Assembly: GCA_049684755.1 (NCBI GenBank)
Contig: JBAVGI010000036.1
Location: 1,571 to 65,570, forward strand
DNA length: 64,000 nucleotides
From: Candidatus Sulfotelmatobacter sp.
GTDB lineage: Bacteria > Acidobacteriota > Terriglobia > Terriglobales > Acidobacteriaceae
Reading direction: 5' to 3'
The translations under genes were made by a program, and so were the position numbers. How positions within the stretch are numbered: position 1 is the first letter of the stretch; each line of letters opens with the position of its first letter. Below are positions 17,688-26,381 of this stretch, piece after piece. Below the pieces are notes generated by a model. That model was not told where the DNA came from. It worked only from the letters and a program-made list of their open reading frames with translations, and made no database searches.

Positions 17688-19589
17688 CTATTCAAACTCT
17701 GCTTTCGCCATAGGATGCGGGGCTGTCGGGCCTTCACCCATGTCGGCTTCATCCATCGTCTTGCCTTTCAGCGCGGTGGAAACGGCGCTGTCCATCATGA
17801 GCTCGGCCAGACGCGTTGTGCCTTGATTGAGCGCGTCAATGGCTTTGCGGATCGCCTGATAGTCTTCTTCGCTGCTGACCGCGGTTAGAGCCTTCTCCAT
17901 CTTGGCGATTTTTTTCTTTTCGTCGGTGGTCAGATGGCCCCACGCGGGACTCTTCTTTCCTTTTTCGAGTGCGGCCAGGATCGTCGCGGCTTCGTTGCGC
18001 GCCTCTATGCCCTGACGTTGACGGAAATCTTCTTCCGCGCTGTCGAACGAATCGAGGATCATGCCCTCGACTTGTTCATCGGTGAGGCCATAGCTGGGCT
18101 GGACTTGAATCTCCGCCTCTTTGCCACTCCGTTGCTCGCGCGCGGCAACATGCAAGATGCCGTTCGCGTCGATGAGAAATTTGACTTCGATGCGCGCCAT
18201 TCCCGCAGCCATTGGCGGAACACCCTTGAGATCGAAACGCGCCAGCGAGCGGCAATCTTTCGCCAACTCACGCTCCCCCTGCAGCACGTGGATGGCGACG
18301 TTGGCTTGTCCGTCGACTTGCGTGGTATAGAACTGCGTTGCCGATGCAGGAATTGTCGAGTTGCGCAGAATGATTTTGTCGGTGACACCACCTGCGACCT
18401 CGATGCCGAGCGATAGCGGCGTGACATCGAGCAGCAACATGTTTTCCGTGGCTTCAGAGCCGCCCCCGAGAATGTTGGCTTGCACCGCCGCGCCAAGAGC
18501 GACGACCTCATCCGGATTAAGATCAATGTGCGGTTCGCGCTGGAACAAATCCTTCACCAGAGCGCGCACTTTGGGAATACGAGTGGATCCGCCGACGAGG
18601 ACGACTTCGTCAATTTGTTCGGGCTTGAGGCCAGCATCTTTCAGTGCCTGCTTGCAGGGTCCTACGGTGCGATCGATGATCGGCTGAATCAGTTGTTCGA
18701 ATTGCTCGCGCGTGATCTCGCGCAAATACCGCTTCCCGCCGGGCAATTCCACGTTCAGTTTTACTGAAGGCTGCGAGGAGAGAGCGATTTTGGCTTCGAT
18801 TACTGCTTTGCGAATGGCTTGTACGGCTTCGCCATTTCGGCGGAGATCAAGGCCGAGGTCGCCCAGAGTGTCGTCGAGGGCGATGGTGATCAGCAGATTG
18901 TCGATGTCGTCGCCGCCGAGATGCGTGTCGCCGTTGGTGGCGATGACCTCGAAGATTCCATCGTGCAGCTTGAGGATAGAGACATCGAAGGTGCCGCCGC
19001 CAAGATCATAGACGGCGACAATACCGTTTTGCTTTTTGTCGAGACCGTAAGCCAGCGATGCTGCGGTCGGTTCGTTGACCAGGCGCAGAACTTCAATGCC
19101 GGCGATGCGGCCCGCGTCTTTCGTGGCTTGACGCTGCGCATCGTTGAAATACGCAGGCACGGTGATGACGGCTTTGGTTACCGGCGCTCCGAAGAAGCGC
19201 TCGGCGTTGCGTTTGAGCTGGCGCAGAATCAGGGCCGAAATTTCCGGCGGCGTAAATGTTTTGTCGCCGAGTTTGATCCTCAACACTTCGCCGGGCTGCA
19301 GATCTTCGGCCAGACGAAAGGGGAAAAACCTCAATTCTTTCTGAATGTCATCGACTCCGCGTCCCATCAGGCGTTTGATCGAATAGACGGCGCGCTCCGG
19401 CGTCTCGGTTAAATATTTGCGAGCGGCGTTACCGATGACGGGCTGGTTTTTCTCGTCGAGCGCGACGACCGACGGAACGAGATTCAGGCCGTCGTCGCCG
19501 GGGATCACGACAGGGCTCTCCCCCTGCATGAAAGCCACGAGAGAGTTCGTTGTGCCCAGGTCGATGCCGACGATGCGATCCGTTGCCAT
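17688..19589 (-). CDS. hscA: Fe-S protein assembly chaperone HscA (Hsp70 family).
   Basis: [17 protein letters not shown] and the overall Hsp70 architecture, within an isc operon. I prefer the ATG at 19589 ([12 protein letters not shown]) over the TTG at 19604. Confidence 0.9.
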   Translation of the reverse strand: MATDRIVGIDLGTTNSLVAFMQGESPVVIPGDDGLNLVPSVVALDEKNQPVIGNAARKYLTETPERAVYSIKRLMGRGVDDIQKELRFFPFRLAEDLQPGEVLRIKLGDKTFTPPEISALILRQLKRNAERFFGAPVTKAVITVPAYFNDAQRQATKDAGRIAGIEVLRLVNEPTAASLAYGLDKKQNGIVAVYDLGGGTFDVSILKLHDGIFEVIATNGDTHLGGDDIDNLLITIALDDTLGDLGLDLRRNGEAVQAIRKAVIEAKIALSSQPSVKLNVELPGGKRYLREITREQFEQLIQPIIDRTVGPCKQALKDAGLKPEQIDEVVLVGGSTRIPKVRALVKDLFQREPHIDLNPDEVVALGAAVQANILGGGSEATENMLLLDVTPLSLGIEVAGGVTDKIILRNSTIPASATQFYTTQVDGQANVAIHVLQGERELAKDCRSLARFDLKGVPPMAAGMARIEVKFLIDANGILHVAAREQRSGKEAEIQVQPSYGLTDEQVEGMILDSFDSAEEDFRQRQGIEARNEAATILAALEKGKKSPAWGHLTTDEKKKIAKMEKALTAVSSEEDYQAIRKAIDALNQGTTRLAELMMDSAVSTALKGKTMDEADMGEGPTAPHPMAKAEFE

Positions 19590-19612
19590 AATGTCTGCTT
19601 TCAAACTTGCCG

Positions 19613-19686
19613 AGCAATTAGCAGTTGGCAGCTAGCCGAACGCCAATTGCTAATCGCCAACTGCTAACTGCCAATTGCTAATCGCT
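19613..19686. repeat. Largest inverted heptamer array, in the hscB-hscA spacer and running into the hscB stop codon.
   Basis: agcaatt agcagtt ggcagct agccgaa | cgcc | aattgct aatcgcc aactgct aactgcc aattgct aatcgct. The hscB TAG lies at 19678-19680, inside the fifth forward unit. Confidence 0.9.
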
Positions 19687-20442
19687 CTCCAGCACCTCAT
19701 TCACATCCCGCACCAGATTGCGGATGTAGTTTCGGCGGTTCAGCAAGTCCACCATTTTGTCCCGTTCCTGCCTGCGTTCTTCGTCTGAGACCGGTTGACC
19801 GTTTTGCTGACGCTGGATCATTCCATCCCACATCTTCCAGTTGTCTTGTAGCTCACGCAGAAGCGCTTCGTGCTTTTCCTCGAGTTCCAGCTTCTGCAGG
19901 CCGATTTCTTCGATCAGAGCGGGATCGTCCTCGCCTATTTTCTTCTGCATGCGCAGCTCTTCGAGCTGCATGTTCAACTCGAAAACTTCTTCCAGCAAAT
20001 CCGGCGGAACAATTTGCTTTTTGAGCTCCCCGCTGGAGCGGGCTTGCTCCGTGGCCGATTTTGATTGCTCTTCCAGTTCCACGCCTTCCAGCTTTAAGAG
20101 ATATTGTGTGCGCTTGATCGGATCTTTCAAGGTGCGATGCGCGTCATTCAGCAGCGAACTCTGTTGCAAGCTCCATTCCTGCTCCTGAGTCCCGGCCCGC
20201 GCATTCAAGTCAGGATGCAGTTTTCTGCTCAGCAGGTAGAAGTCTTTATCCAGCGCGGCTACATCGAGATTCAGCTTGCGCGGCAAACCAAAGAAAGTGA
20301 AATAGTCCACCGGCGCCGGAGGTTGAACCTTGCCGCAGGATTCGCAGAAATGCACCGCGCGCATGGTTCCACAGGACCAGCAGGATTGAGTCTCCTCGGG
20401 GGCGGACTTCGCGGTAATCGTGGTCAAAGACGAATTCGTCAT
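19678..20442 (-). CDS. hscB: Co-chaperone HscB (J-type) with an N-terminal four-Cys zinc-finger extension.
   Basis: The J-domain segment reads DYFTFFGLPRKLNLDVAALDKDFYLLSRKLHPD. It is preceded by CWSCG...FCESCG. Confidence 0.85.
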   Translation of the reverse strand: MTNSSLTTITAKSAPEETQSCWSCGTMRAVHFCESCGKVQPPAPVDYFTFFGLPRKLNLDVAALDKDFYLLSRKLHPDLNARAGTQEQEWSLQQSSLLNDAHRTLKDPIKRTQYLLKLEGVELEEQSKSATEQARSSGELKKQIVPPDLLEEVFELNMQLEELRMQKKIGEDDPALIEEIGLQKLELEEKHEALLRELQDNWKMWDGMIQRQQNGQPVSDEERRQERDKMVDLLNRRNYIRNLVRDVNEVLESD

Positions 20443-20545
20443 TCCTGCCTACATCCTTCGAAAACACAACTGCACGCTTGTAGCCTGAACCAGTGCAAGC
20501 CCAGGGGCGCTGCTGGGCGAAGACGGTCGCGCCTTGCAAAACCCT

Positions 20546-20565
20546 CGCGGGCAAAAGTGCCCGCG
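20546..20565. repeat. GC-rich hairpin in the iscA-hscB spacer.
   Basis: cgcgggc-aaaagt-gcccgcg, a 7-bp perfect stem, read directly. Confidence 0.6.
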
Positions 20566-20573
20566 CCACACAA

Positions 20574-20960
20574 CTACGCGGAGAACGAAGTCCCGCAGCC
20601 GCACGATTTCGTGGCCTGAGGGTTCACGAAAACGAAGCCCTGCTGTATCAGCGTCTCCTGGTAATCGAGGATCATGCCGTTCAGGTATATAAACGACTTC
20701 GGATCTACGAATACGCGCACGTCGCTGAACTGGAAGATGCGGTCTCGTTCGCGCGGCTGGGTATCGAAACGAACGTTGTAGCTTAGACCAGAACAACCGC
20801 CACCCTGGACGCCCAGGCGCAACCCACCCTGTTCGGGCGAGATGCCCTCTTTGGCCATCGCGCTGCGCACCTTGGACAAGGCCTTATCAGTCACCTGAAT
20901 GCCCCTGCCGGGGGCGGCGGTTTGTGATGGTTGCGCGGTTTGTTCTGTTGCTGTTGTCAT
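20574..20960 (-). CDS. iscA: Fe-S cluster insertion protein IscA (HesB family).
   Basis: 128-aa ORF with GGGCSG and a C-terminal CGCGTSF. Confidence 0.88.
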   Translation of the reverse strand: MTTATEQTAQPSQTAAPGRGIQVTDKALSKVRSAMAKEGISPEQGGLRLGVQGGGCSGLSYNVRFDTQPRERDRIFQFSDVRVFVDPKSFIYLNGMILDYQETLIQQGFVFVNPQATKSCGCGTSFSA

Positions 20961-21020
20961 TTCAATTCCTGACGCAATCCGTCAGCGACTGATGCTGCCA
21001 TCGATAATCCAGCAGCTTGC

Positions 21021-21048
21021 GGCGCGGCTGAAGCCGCGCCCTTTCAAG
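21021..21048 (+). repeat. REP-like hairpin, family B (perfect copy), in the iscU-iscA spacer.
   Basis: ggcgcggc-tgaa-gccgcgcc followed by ctttcaag. Confidence 0.85.
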
Positions 21049-21093
21049 ACTCAGCTCTGCCATGCCGATCGCGTTTCTGGAGCGCACAAACCT

Positions 21094-21510
21094 TTACTGC
21101 GTTACCGCTGACGCAACCGGCTTGGCGCTCTCCTGCTTTTTCTTCCAGTCACCGATGGCGGCGCGGATGGCGTCTTCGGCCAACACAGAACAGTGGATCT
21201 TCACCGGAGGGAGCGAAAGTTCCTTTACGATGTCCATGTTCTTGATAGCCAGGGCTTCATCCACAGTCTTGCCTTTGACCCATTCGGTGGCCAATGAAGA
21301 CGAGGCGATCGCGGAGCCGCAGCCGAAAGTTTTGAACTTGGCTTCCTCGATCACGTTGGTCTCGCGGTTGACCTTGATCTGTAATTTCATGACGTCGCCG
21401 CATTCGGGTGCGCCCACCAGACCGGTGCCCACATCGGCGCTGCTCTTATCCATCGAGCCGACGTTGCGGGGATTGTTGTAATGATCGATTACCTTATCGC
21501 TGTATGACAT
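21094..21510 (-). CDS. iscU: Fe-S cluster scaffold IscU.
   Basis: 138-aa ORF with YNNPRNVG, GAPECGDVM, FKTFGCGSAIASSS and HCSVLAEDAI. Confidence 0.93.
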   Translation of the reverse strand: MSYSDKVIDHYNNPRNVGSMDKSSADVGTGLVGAPECGDVMKLQIKVNRETNVIEEAKFKTFGCGSAIASSSLATEWVKGKTVDEALAIKNMDIVKELSLPPVKIHCSVLAEDAIRAAIGDWKKKQESAKPVASAVTQ

Positions 21511-21542
21511 TGGTCTCTCCTGAATTCTTCCAATTTACCGCC

Positions 21543-21600
21543 GGGGCTAAAGCCCCTTCTCGGTTCGAATCTTTGCGGCACGACTGAACTCGTGCCCTTC
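21543..21600 (+). repeat. Composite two-hairpin element (hairpin A GGGGC-TAAA-GCCCC plus hairpin B GGCACGA-CTGAAC-TCGTGCC) in the iscS-iscU spacer.
   Basis: Read directly. The same A-spacer-B architecture recurs at 56645-56709. Confidence 0.75.
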
Positions 21601-21635
21601 CCGTTCGCGCTCCTCCATCGCTTACTTCGCATCAA

Positions 21636-22913
21636 TTACTCTCCCGCCCACTTCACGTCCTTCAAGTTGATGCCTTCCTTAGCCATCTCGTAGAGCGGAG
21701 AAAGTTCGCGCAGACGCTCGACGGTTTCGATGACGCGGTCAGCCACGTAATCGACCTCCGCTTCGGTGTTGAAACGGCCGATGCCGAATCGAATCGAACT
21801 GTGCGCCAAATCGTCGCCGGTGCCGAGAGCCTTTAATACATAAGATGGCTCAAGCGTCGCAGAGGTGCACGCCGATCCGCTGGAAACCGCAATATCGTTG
21901 ATCCCCATCAGCAACGACTCGCCTTCCACGTACGCGAAACTGATGTTCAAATTGCCGGGCAGGCGGTGCTCCATGGTGCCGTTGATATAAGTCTCATCCA
22001 GGCGGCTCATGATGCGGTCGCGAAGACGATCGCGTAAGCCAGCCAAGTGAGCTGCCTCCCGTGACATTTCCTCCGAAGCGATGGCGCAGGCTTTGCCTAA
22101 GCCAACGATGCCGGCTACGTTGAGCGTTCCCGAGCGCATGCCGCGCTCATGGCCGCCGCCATCGATAATGGCGGAAATCTGCACCCGCGGATTCTTGCGG
22201 CGCACGTACAAAGCGCCTACGCCCTTCGGGCCATACATCTTATGGGCGGAGATCGACATCAGGTCGATGTTCTGTTTGTTCACGTCCACCGGAATTTTGC
22301 CAATCGCCTGCGTCGCGTCCGTGTGGAAGATTACGCCGCGTTCGTGGCATAACTTGCCAATTTCGGCCACAGGTTGCACCACTCCAATTTCGTTGTTCGC
22401 AAACATAATGCTCACCAGGATAGTTTTGTCATCCATGGCGCGCTTGAGATCTTCGAGATCAACCAGGCCATCTTTTTGCACGGGCAGGTAAGTAACGCGA
22501 TAGCCGTATTTCTCCAGGCGCTTGCAGGTATCGAGCACTGCCTTGTGCTCGGTGACCGCGGTGATGATATGGTTGCCCTTTTCGCGGTACATTTCCGCAA
22601 CGCCCTTGATGGCGAGGTTGTCGCTTTCCGTGGCGCCGGAAGTAAAAATGATTTCCTTGGTGGTGGCGCCGATCAGCTTGGCGATGCGCTCCCGCGCTGT
22701 TTCCACGCCCTCTTCACCGGCCCAGCCAAAGGAGTGATTGCGGCTGGCGGCATTGCCGAACTTTTCCATGAAGTAGGGCAGCATCTCTTCCAACACGCGC
22801 GGATCCATTGGCGTGGTGGCGTGGTTGTCCATGTAAATAGGCAGCTTCACTCCCTGCGGAGCTTGGTGCTTGGTGACTGAGAGTTCCTGGGGGATCTTCA
22901 CATCCGTGCTCAT
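21636..22913 (-). CDS. iscS: Cysteine desulfurase IscS.
   Basis: 425-aa ORF with the PLP-lysine context [10 protein letters not shown] and the active-site loop SSGSACTS. Confidence 0.93.
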   Translation of the reverse strand: MSTDVKIPQELSVTKHQAPQGVKLPIYMDNHATTPMDPRVLEEMLPYFMEKFGNAASRNHSFGWAGEEGVETARERIAKLIGATTKEIIFTSGATESDNLAIKGVAEMYREKGNHIITAVTEHKAVLDTCKRLEKYGYRVTYLPVQKDGLVDLEDLKRAMDDKTILVSIMFANNEIGVVQPVAEIGKLCHERGVIFHTDATQAIGKIPVDVNKQNIDLMSISAHKMYGPKGVGALYVRRKNPRVQISAIIDGGGHERGMRSGTLNVAGIVGLGKACAIASEEMSREAAHLAGLRDRLRDRIMSRLDETYINGTMEHRLPGNLNISFAYVEGESLLMGINDIAVSSGSACTSATLEPSYVLKALGTGDDLAHSSIRFGIGRFNTEAEVDYVADRVIETVERLRELSPLYEMAKEGINLKDVKWAGE

Positions 22914-22974
22914 AATTGCTTCTCCTACCTGATTAGTTGCCTGATCTTTACTTGAACTTTATTTGTCTGCAGTA

Positions 22975-23439
22975 CTAGACGATGGTCACTAGCTCTGCAA
23001 GTTTGCCGGTGGCACTTTCGGCCACTTCCGGCTCTTCTCTCATATGCGAAATCTTGATGCGCTTCAACACCGCTTCGATGCTCTCATTCACCTTGCGCAG
23101 AGGCTCGCGGATATTGCAACGGTCGCTCTGTCCACACTCGCCGCGAACCGTAACACAAGAGGTGATAAAGAGCGGACCGTCGATGGCCTGGATTACCTCG
23201 AAGGCAGAAATCGTGTGCGCCGCCCGGGCTAACCTGTAGCCACCGTACGTGCCATGCTGGGATTGCAGCAGACCGGCCTTCGCGAGCCGCTGCAGAATCT
23301 TGGCCAGAGCCTCAGGCGGAATGCCGAAGGAATCGGCAACGTCTTTGGCGCTGGCGCTGCCTGTACCTTCTTGCGCATGGTCGGCCAAGTGCTTCATGGC
23401 CATCAGCGCGTAATCCGCCTTTTTGGTTAGCTTCAGCAT
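22975..23439 (-). CDS. iscR: Rrf2-family Fe-S regulator IscR.
   Basis: MLKLTKKADYALMAMKHLA is a canonical Rrf2 N-terminus, and Cys ligands are present (CVTVRGECGQSDRC). The track start at 23586 would add 49 non-homologous residues and would run over the IscR box. Confidence 0.85.
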   Translation of the reverse strand: MLKLTKKADYALMAMKHLADHAQEGTGSASAKDVADSFGIPPEALAKILQRLAKAGLLQSQHGTYGGYRLARAAHTISAFEVIQAIDGPLFITSCVTVRGECGQSDRCNIREPLRKVNESIEAVLKRIKISHMREEPEVAESATGKLAELVTIV

Positions 23440-23465
23440 CCGAGTGCACTGGGGACCGCTAATTT

Positions 23466-23495
23466 GCGACTGTTTGAGTCGGAGATAAATCCGAC
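23466..23495 (-). promoter_or_regulatory. IscR type-1-like operator: two overlapping palindromes.
   Basis: The minus strand reads GTCGGATTTATCTCCGACTCAAACAGTCGC. The CCGACTCAAACAGTCGC part fits the E. coli type-1 core YYGACTRWWWYAGTCRR at 15 of 17 positions by hand count. It lies 27-56 nt upstream of the proposed iscR ATG. Confidence 0.55.
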
Positions 23496-23698
23496 CTTTT
23501 CTGTCGTAATTCATTCTACGACCAAAAGAGGAATTGGCGCAAGCTCTGACAGGCAGCAGCAAGAATTCGCATTGCTTGGTAAGCAACTACGTTTGAGTGG
23601 CTTAGGCGAGGAGATCATTTAGTCGGAATTCAGGGTTGGTAGCGGGCTGGCCGATCTCGGTTTTTCAGGCAGTGAGGAAAGTCTTTGAAAAAGGGGTC

Positions 23699-23726
23699 TT
23701 GACAATAGTCGTAGCAAGGCTAAAAT
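23699..23726 (+). promoter_or_regulatory. Sigma-70-type promoter: TTGACA, 16-nt spacer, TAAAAT.
   Basis: Read directly. The -10 element ends 12 nt before the ATG at 23739, which implies a very short or absent leader. Confidence 0.55.
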
Positions 23727-23738
23727 ACCGGAAATTCC

Positions 23739-23975
23739 ATGATCGTTCCCTCAAGCTCTTGCGACGAGGGTGACGTCCTGTTTATGACCTCAAAGCCGTT
23801 CTCCCAGCCGCAAGATTCGAATAAACCTTGCAAACATCCGCGAGTGCAAATTGTGAGTCGCGATGAAGATGCTGAATTCGTCGAATGCCTGGAGTGCCGC
23901 GAAGTTTTCGAGTCCAGCGAGTTAAAGGACATGAGCATCGAGGAGAGTGTCGACGGGGACACCCCGGAATCGTAA
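23739..23975 (+). CDS. Small hypothetical protein with a CxH...CxxC pattern.
   Basis: 78-aa ORF directly behind a strong promoter. It has C31-K-H33 and C50-L-E-C53, and an acidic C-terminus. The start is uncertain. Confidence 0.4.
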   Translation: MIVPSSSCDEGDVLFMTSKPFSQPQDSNKPCKHPRVQIVSRDEDAEFVECLECREVFESSELKDMSIEESVDGDTPES

Positions 23976-24088
23976 ACTCCGCAACCGGCTCACCATAGTA
24001 ACCGGACAGGCCCTCTTCTACCTTGTTTCCGTCCAAGCACACTGCTAGTCTGCGGGCCGGGGGCGTGCGTTCCGCACGTTGCAAAGTC

Positions 24089-24469
24089 ATGCCTGCTGTA
24101 GCGCTGGTGGTCGACGACTCCATGCTGATCCGCTACACCGTGTGCCGCTCTCTGGAAGAGCGCGGCTTTGCGGTGGAGTCCGCCACGAATGGCGTTGAGG
24201 CGTTGCAGATTCTCGAGCGAGTGCATCCTGATGTAATTGTCACCGACATGCACATGCCGAAGATGTCAGGCAGCGAGCTGATTACTGCGCTGAAGAAGAA
24301 TCCGAAGACCGCTAATATTCCTATCATTATTGTTGCGGGTCGGGGCAGCGGCTTTGATGAAAGTGAAAAGCGCGCTAACTTTGCCATCTACAAAGACATC
24401 GATATTCAAAGCCAGCTGGAAAGGGCGCTGGATGCGGTGATGGGAAATAGTCAGGGCGCCAGCAAGTAG
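24089..24469 (+). CDS. Stand-alone CheY-like response-regulator receiver.
   Basis: MPAVALVVDDSMLIR ... DVIVTDMHMPKMSG ... receiver signature with no output domain. I prefer the internal ATG at 24089. Confidence 0.8.
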   Translation: MPAVALVVDDSMLIRYTVCRSLEERGFAVESATNGVEALQILERVHPDVIVTDMHMPKMSGSELITALKKNPKTANIPIIIVAGRGSGFDESEKRANFAIYKDIDIQSQLERALDAVMGNSQGASK

Positions 24470-24527
24470 CTGTTGTTGAAGTTTCTTTTGCTCAGTTTCT
24501 TGTGAACCAGAGTAGCGCAAAGCGAGG

Positions 24528-25682
24528 CTAACGCAGGACGAGGCTGGCCTCGGCTGAAAAATCCATCGCGGCAAAATCCTTTGCTAAAAATTTGGGATAA
24601 GCAGCGGCGGCGATCATCGCGGCATTGTCGGTGGAAAGTGCCCGCGAAGGGAAGAAGACCGGCACACCCTCCTGGGCGCCTCGCTGCTCGAACGTCTTTC
24701 GCAGTTCGCTATTGGCCGCAACTCCACCGGTCACGAATAATGTAGCCACGTCGTACGCCGCCGCCGCTGCCAAAGTCTTGCCTACAAGATCTTCCACCAA
24801 CGCACGCTGAAATGAAGCGACCAAGTCGAGCGTCTGCCGATCGCAGGCTGCCAAATAATCTTCGAGCTTGGGCTTTGAGATGTTCGCCAGCGCCTTGCGG
24901 CGAACTTCGATGGAATTCTTCATATTGTGAACTTCGACGTAGCGCAGCACTGCGGTCTTGATGCCGCTATAGGAAAAGTCGAAGCGCGGGCGATCGAGGT
25001 CGAGTTCCTTCTGCTCCCGGCGTTCGCGGCGATCGGGATGTTTGATTTGCGCGGGAAGAAACTTAACGGCGCCCGGATCGCCGTGCGGAGCAAGGCGGTC
25101 AATAACAGGTCCGCCGGGATAACCCAAGCCAAGCAGTTTTGCAACTTTGTCGAAAGCCTCGCCCGCCGCGTCGTCGCGGGTGTGGCCTATATTTTCATAG
25201 GTCCAGCTCTTGTTCTTCTGCCTAACGAGATAGAGGTGCGTGTGTCCGCCCGAAACCACCAAAGCCAGCACGGGAAATTGCAGTTCGTGATTACTTTTCT
25301 GCCGCTCTTCCAACAGGACCGCGTGAATGTGACCTTCAAGGTGGTTGACTGCAATCAGCGGCTTGTCGAGGGCGAACGCCAGCGCTTTGGCATAGCTGAT
25401 GCCGACAAGTAGCGCTCCGGCAAGGCCGGGACCCTGCGTGACTGCGATTGCGTCGACGGAGCTGTAGGTCTGATTAGCCTCAGCCAAGGCTTGCCGCACG
25501 ACGGGAACGATCGCCTTCAAGTGCTCGCGTGATGCTAGTTCGGGCACGACGCCGCCAAACGGCTGATGGATCGCAATCTGCGAGGCCACAACATTCGAAA
25601 TAAGTTGCTCTCCCGAACGCACCACGGCTGCCGCGGTTTCGTCGCAGGAGCTCTCAATGCCGAGGATGTAAACGTCGGACAT
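24528..25682 (-). CDS. tsaD: tRNA N6-adenosine threonylcarbamoyltransferase TsaD.
   Basis: ILGIESSCDETAAAVV, the HLEGHI metal site and SGGVAAN-type blocks. I prefer the ATG at 25682. The protein appears to carry insertions relative to E. coli TsaD. Confidence 0.9.
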   Translation of the reverse strand: MSDVYILGIESSCDETAAAVVRSGEQLISNVVASQIAIHQPFGGVVPELASREHLKAIVPVVRQALAEANQTYSSVDAIAVTQGPGLAGALLVGISYAKALAFALDKPLIAVNHLEGHIHAVLLEERQKSNHELQFPVLALVVSGGHTHLYLVRQKNKSWTYENIGHTRDDAAGEAFDKVAKLLGLGYPGGPVIDRLAPHGDPGAVKFLPAQIKHPDRRERREQKELDLDRPRFDFSYSGIKTAVLRYVEVHNMKNSIEVRRKALANISKPKLEDYLAACDRQTLDLVASFQRALVEDLVGKTLAAAAAYDVATLFVTGGVAANSELRKTFEQRGAQEGVPVFFPSRALSTDNAAMIAAAAYPKFLAKDFAAMDFSAEASLVLR

Positions 25683-25748
25683 GAAACTATAGTATTGGAA
25701 TCCAGTCAGTGATTGCTCAAACATCTAAAGGAAGAGAACTGGACAATC

Positions 25749-26381
25749 TCAGAGCCAGCCTTTTGTTCTGGCGATTCTCGAGGCTTCGACGCGATTGCTG
25801 GCGCCCATTTTGCTGATGGCTTCCGAAAGATAATTTCTCACAGTGCCCTCGGAAAGGCGAAGTTCCGCGGCAATATTTCCACTTTGCATGCCTTCACCGG
25901 CCAGACGCAGGACCTGGCGTTCGCGATCCGTGAGCGGGTCCATCTCAGACCAGGCCTCGGTGGCGAGATCGGGATGAATCACGCGCAAGCCCTGCTGCAC
26001 GCGGCGCACGGCTTCGGCGAGTTCCTCGGCGCGCATATCTTTCAGCATGTATCCGAGTGCTCCGGCCTCCATGGCACGGCGTAAGTATCCGGCGCGCGCG
26101 AAGGTGGTGAGGATGATGACACGGGTGCTGCAGCGGCGGCGTTTGAGTTCAGCGGCGGTATCGAGTCCGGTCATGAGCGGCATTTCGATATCTGTAATAA
26201 GGACGTCGGGCTTGTGCGCGAGAACGGCATCGACAGCTTCCCGGCCGTTCCGTGCTTGACCCACAACCGAGATGTCGCCTTCGATCTCGAGAAGTGCGGC
26301 CAGCGCGCCGAGAACCATGCCCTGATCTTCGGCGATAACGACGCGAATCGTCTTACGATTTTCCTTCGCGACAGGATTCAA
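25749..26381 (-). CDS. NarL/LuxR-family response regulator.
   Basis: Receiver domain (RVVIAEDQ ... DVLITDIEMP) plus a LuxR HTH (LTDRERQVLRLAGEGMQSGNIAAELRLSEGTVRNYLSEAI). The start is uncertain. I propose the TTG at 26381, which follows GAGG and overlaps the end of the kinase gene. Confidence 0.8.
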   Translation of the reverse strand: MNPVAKENRKTIRVVIAEDQGMVLGALAALLEIEGDISVVGQARNGREAVDAVLAHKPDVLITDIEMPLMTGLDTAAELKRRRCSTRVIILTTFARAGYLRRAMEAGALGYMLKDMRAEELAEAVRRVQQGLRVIHPDLATEAWSEMDPLTDRERQVLRLAGEGMQSGNIAAELRLSEGTVRNYLSEAISKMGASNRVEASRIARTKGWL

